Shown in pieces: positions 62,211 to 64,000 of a stretch of DNA of 64,000 nucleotides (position 1 is the first letter of the stretch; the number at the start of each line of letters is the position of its first letter). Both the position numbers and the translations under genes were made by a program. Source of the stretch: Paraphysomonas bandaiensis (taxonomy: Eukaryota; Protista; Chrysophyceae); contig CBFFRP010000329.1 in NCBI GenBank assembly GCA_965644295.1, positions 1 through 64,000 on the forward strand, given 5' to 3'. Under the pieces are notes generated by a model. It worked only from the letters and a program-made list of their open reading frames with translations. It was not told the origin of the DNA and searched no databases.

Positions 62211-64000
62211 ATGAACCCCACGGACCGTCGACAACTCAGGCTCCATATGTGCGACATGAGCAGAGTCTACCGCCTCACCCTCAGACCCTCAGCCCTTCGC
62301 ACACAACAACATATCCCTAGTGATGGGTACTGCGCATACAGCACACTCTATCATCTGCACATTCTTGCTTCAAGCAGGCGACACACTCGCTCCTGTCTGA
62401 AATTAGACCTCAAACAACGCAAGGACCGTCACACGCTAGCATCTTTCATAAATACATTAGGCACCCAAGCGTTCGACATAATGCAACGGGAGTGCATGGC
62501 CCATCACACACTTCAGCCACTACGACATAAGTTAGATCACGCACAGGCCGCACTTTTAATACCTACTAAAACAACATACACTACGGAAGACGACATAACT
62601 CACTGGCTCTCAGTGCGAGAAGTCCACCTTTTAGCCTCTACTATCAACCCCTGCACGACGTGGGCGCAAAATGGTAATTACCTCAGCATTGTAGGCATCC
62701 CTACTGACAAAGTAGCTTATAACATCGCATGGAAGGTGGACGAACTTAGGGACGCTATTCGTGATAACTACTACCATGTCATACTACAAGATGCTCACTA
62801 CTTCCTCTTAGACCCTGCCGGTCTTTCTACTGCCCTAGACAACGCCCTACTATCTCTTGAAAACACCTTGGCCACCAGTATACTCTCAACGGCTGACCCC
62901 ATCGCTCCACCTACACTCCCCGCGGACTCAATCACGAACAACAATAGGACATCAAAGATGACCAGCACCAGAACAACCTCGTCAAGCAGCACCAAGTTAG
63001 CACGAACAAATCGACAGATTCTGCAGGCTTCAACCCCTGGAGCACTACCATCGCACAAGAAGATGCAGTTGAAACACGCCCAAACTGCGTTGACAAGTCG
63101 ATGCCAGCCAACCCGGAAAGCCAAAAAGGTCGTAAATTACGATGAAAGTGACCAACCAACGAACCTTCACAACTCACACCCAACCACGACCACACGAACG
63201 ATCAGACCAACTCCAGCACTAGATACCACCGGCTGGGACAGGGACTGGTCAAGAAAGTTCTACATTGCGTACGCCGATAACACTGCCAAAGGACTATCCC
63301 TTTATGCGAAGAACACATTCCCAGCAGACGTCATCATTGCTGAGTACAAAGGCAAACGCTATCCACTAACAAAGATGAGTCAGTCTACAAGGCGTTCTGA
63401 TTACATAGTTCAAGACAGTACTGGTACCTTCGCAATAGATGGCTTTGACCAAGTCCGACAATGTGTAACATGCGAAGCTGGGTATATTAATGACCCCCTA
63501 GCCACAAATATGGCTAATGTCAAGTTTGTCACGAAAAATAAACGCCTCTATGTCCGTACAATACGTTCCATTGCTAAGGATGAAGAACTTCTCATCAACT
63601 ACGGACATCATTATTGGTGTGATCAACGCTGGCCACTTGAGATATTAATCCAAGCCAGGGCTGCGTACGACAGCGACATAGGCGGTGCCAATATAGCAGT
63701 ATGGGACAGACTCCTTGCAGACAAGAGTGGAACTCCTACAGAGACCTCCAGCAGCATCCCCAAGGATCCCTCGGGAGCAGCCATGGGACTCCGACTCTCC
63801 ACATGGAACACAAATGGCAATCCGGCATCACACACAGGTAAAGCCCAAGCTATCATCCGACACTTTAAGCGGCAAAAATTGGACGTGCTCCTATTACAGG
63901 ATGTCCGTCTAACAGAAACTCAGGCCAACTTCTTCACGCGTATCATCGAAGATGCACTCCAGGGAACAAGAATATGCCTCTTCCTCAGCAAGCAGCCAAA
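62211..64000 (+). CDS. ORF2 continuation: OTU-like domain, SET domain and APE endonuclease N-terminus (open to window end)
   Basis: Hand translation finds no stop from 62211 to 64000: IPSDGYCAYSTL...WLSVREVHLLAS...ILQDAHYF; KGLSLYAK...IAEYKG...AIDG...GYINDP...NVKF...LYVRTIRSIAKDEELLINYGHHYW; LRLSTWNTNG...LLLQDVR. Confidence 0.88.
   Translation, partial: MNPTDRRQLRLHMCDMSRVYRLTLRPSALRTQQHIPSDGYCAYSTLYHLHILASSRRHTRSCLKLDLKQRKDRHTLASFINTLGTQAFDIMQRECMAHHTLQPLRHKLDHAQAALLIPTKTTYTTEDDITHWLSVREVHLLASTINPCTTWAQNGNYLSIVGIPTDKVAYNIAWKVDELRDAIRDNYYHVILQDAHYFLLDPAGLSTALDNALLSLENTLATSILSTADPIAPPTLPADSITNNNRTSKMTSTRTTSSSSTKLARTNRQILQASTPGALPSHKKMQLKHAQTALTSRCQPTRKAKKVVNYDESDQPTNLHNSHPTTTTRTIRPTPALDTTGWDRDWSRKFYIAYADNTAKGLSLYAKNTFPADVIIAEYKGKRYPLTKMSQSTRRSDYIVQDSTGTFAIDGFDQVRQCVTCEAGYINDPLATNMANVKFVTKNKRLYVRTIRSIAKDEELLINYGHHYWCDQRWPLEILIQARAAYDSDIGGANIAVWDRLLADKSGTPTETSSSIPKDPSGAAMGLRLSTWNTNGNPASHTGKAQAIIRHFKRQKLDVLLLQDVRLTETQANFFTRIIEDALQGTRICLFLSKQP

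Larger units (their letters stand above)
56608..64000 (+). mobile_element. Large APE-type non-LTR retrotransposon-like element (5' boundary approximate; continues beyond the window)
   Basis: About 7 kb of nearly continuous A/C-rich coding strand; ORF1-like then ORF2 with OTU-like domains, SET and APE endonuclease start (LRLSTWNTNG...LDVLLLQDVRL); RT not in window. Confidence 0.8.

Overview
Eukaryotic nuclear DNA from a compact genome with short GT-AG introns. The gene set and retroelement types suggest a stramenopile-like protist (inference, not tested). Positions 1-12.5 kb are a triple-nested LTR-retrotransposon cluster: a young gypsy element A with apparently identical LTRs sits in the gag of gypsy-like element B, which sits in a copia-like element C that abuts an (ATAC)n microsatellite. 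Positions 12.5-56.2 kb hold about 15 host genes (sulfotransferase, vWA protein, BCKDHB, SKA2, TBC-TLDc, a membrane protein, CDPK, AFG1, FAM133-like, DusA, cycloartenol synthase, CFDP1/BCNT, syntaxin, TPM-RING, Nup50-RCC1 fusion), interspersed with hAT MITEs, a structured dispersed repeat family and micro/minisatellites. From about 56.6 kb to the window end lies the most striking feature, a large LINE-like element. Its ORF2 carries OTU-like cysteine-protease domains and a SET lysine-methyltransferase domain fused in frame directly upstream of an APE endonuclease. The SET-APE part is missing from the ORF track because that ORF runs off the window. Other highlights: palindromes instead of tRNA primer-binding sites in both gypsy elements, a single in-frame UGA between gag and pol, a non-canonical IFDN RT motif, a twice-repeated DNSGDGP peptide in the LINE, and a Nup50-RCC1 gene fusion. 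All domain calls come from reading motifs by eye; no searches were run.
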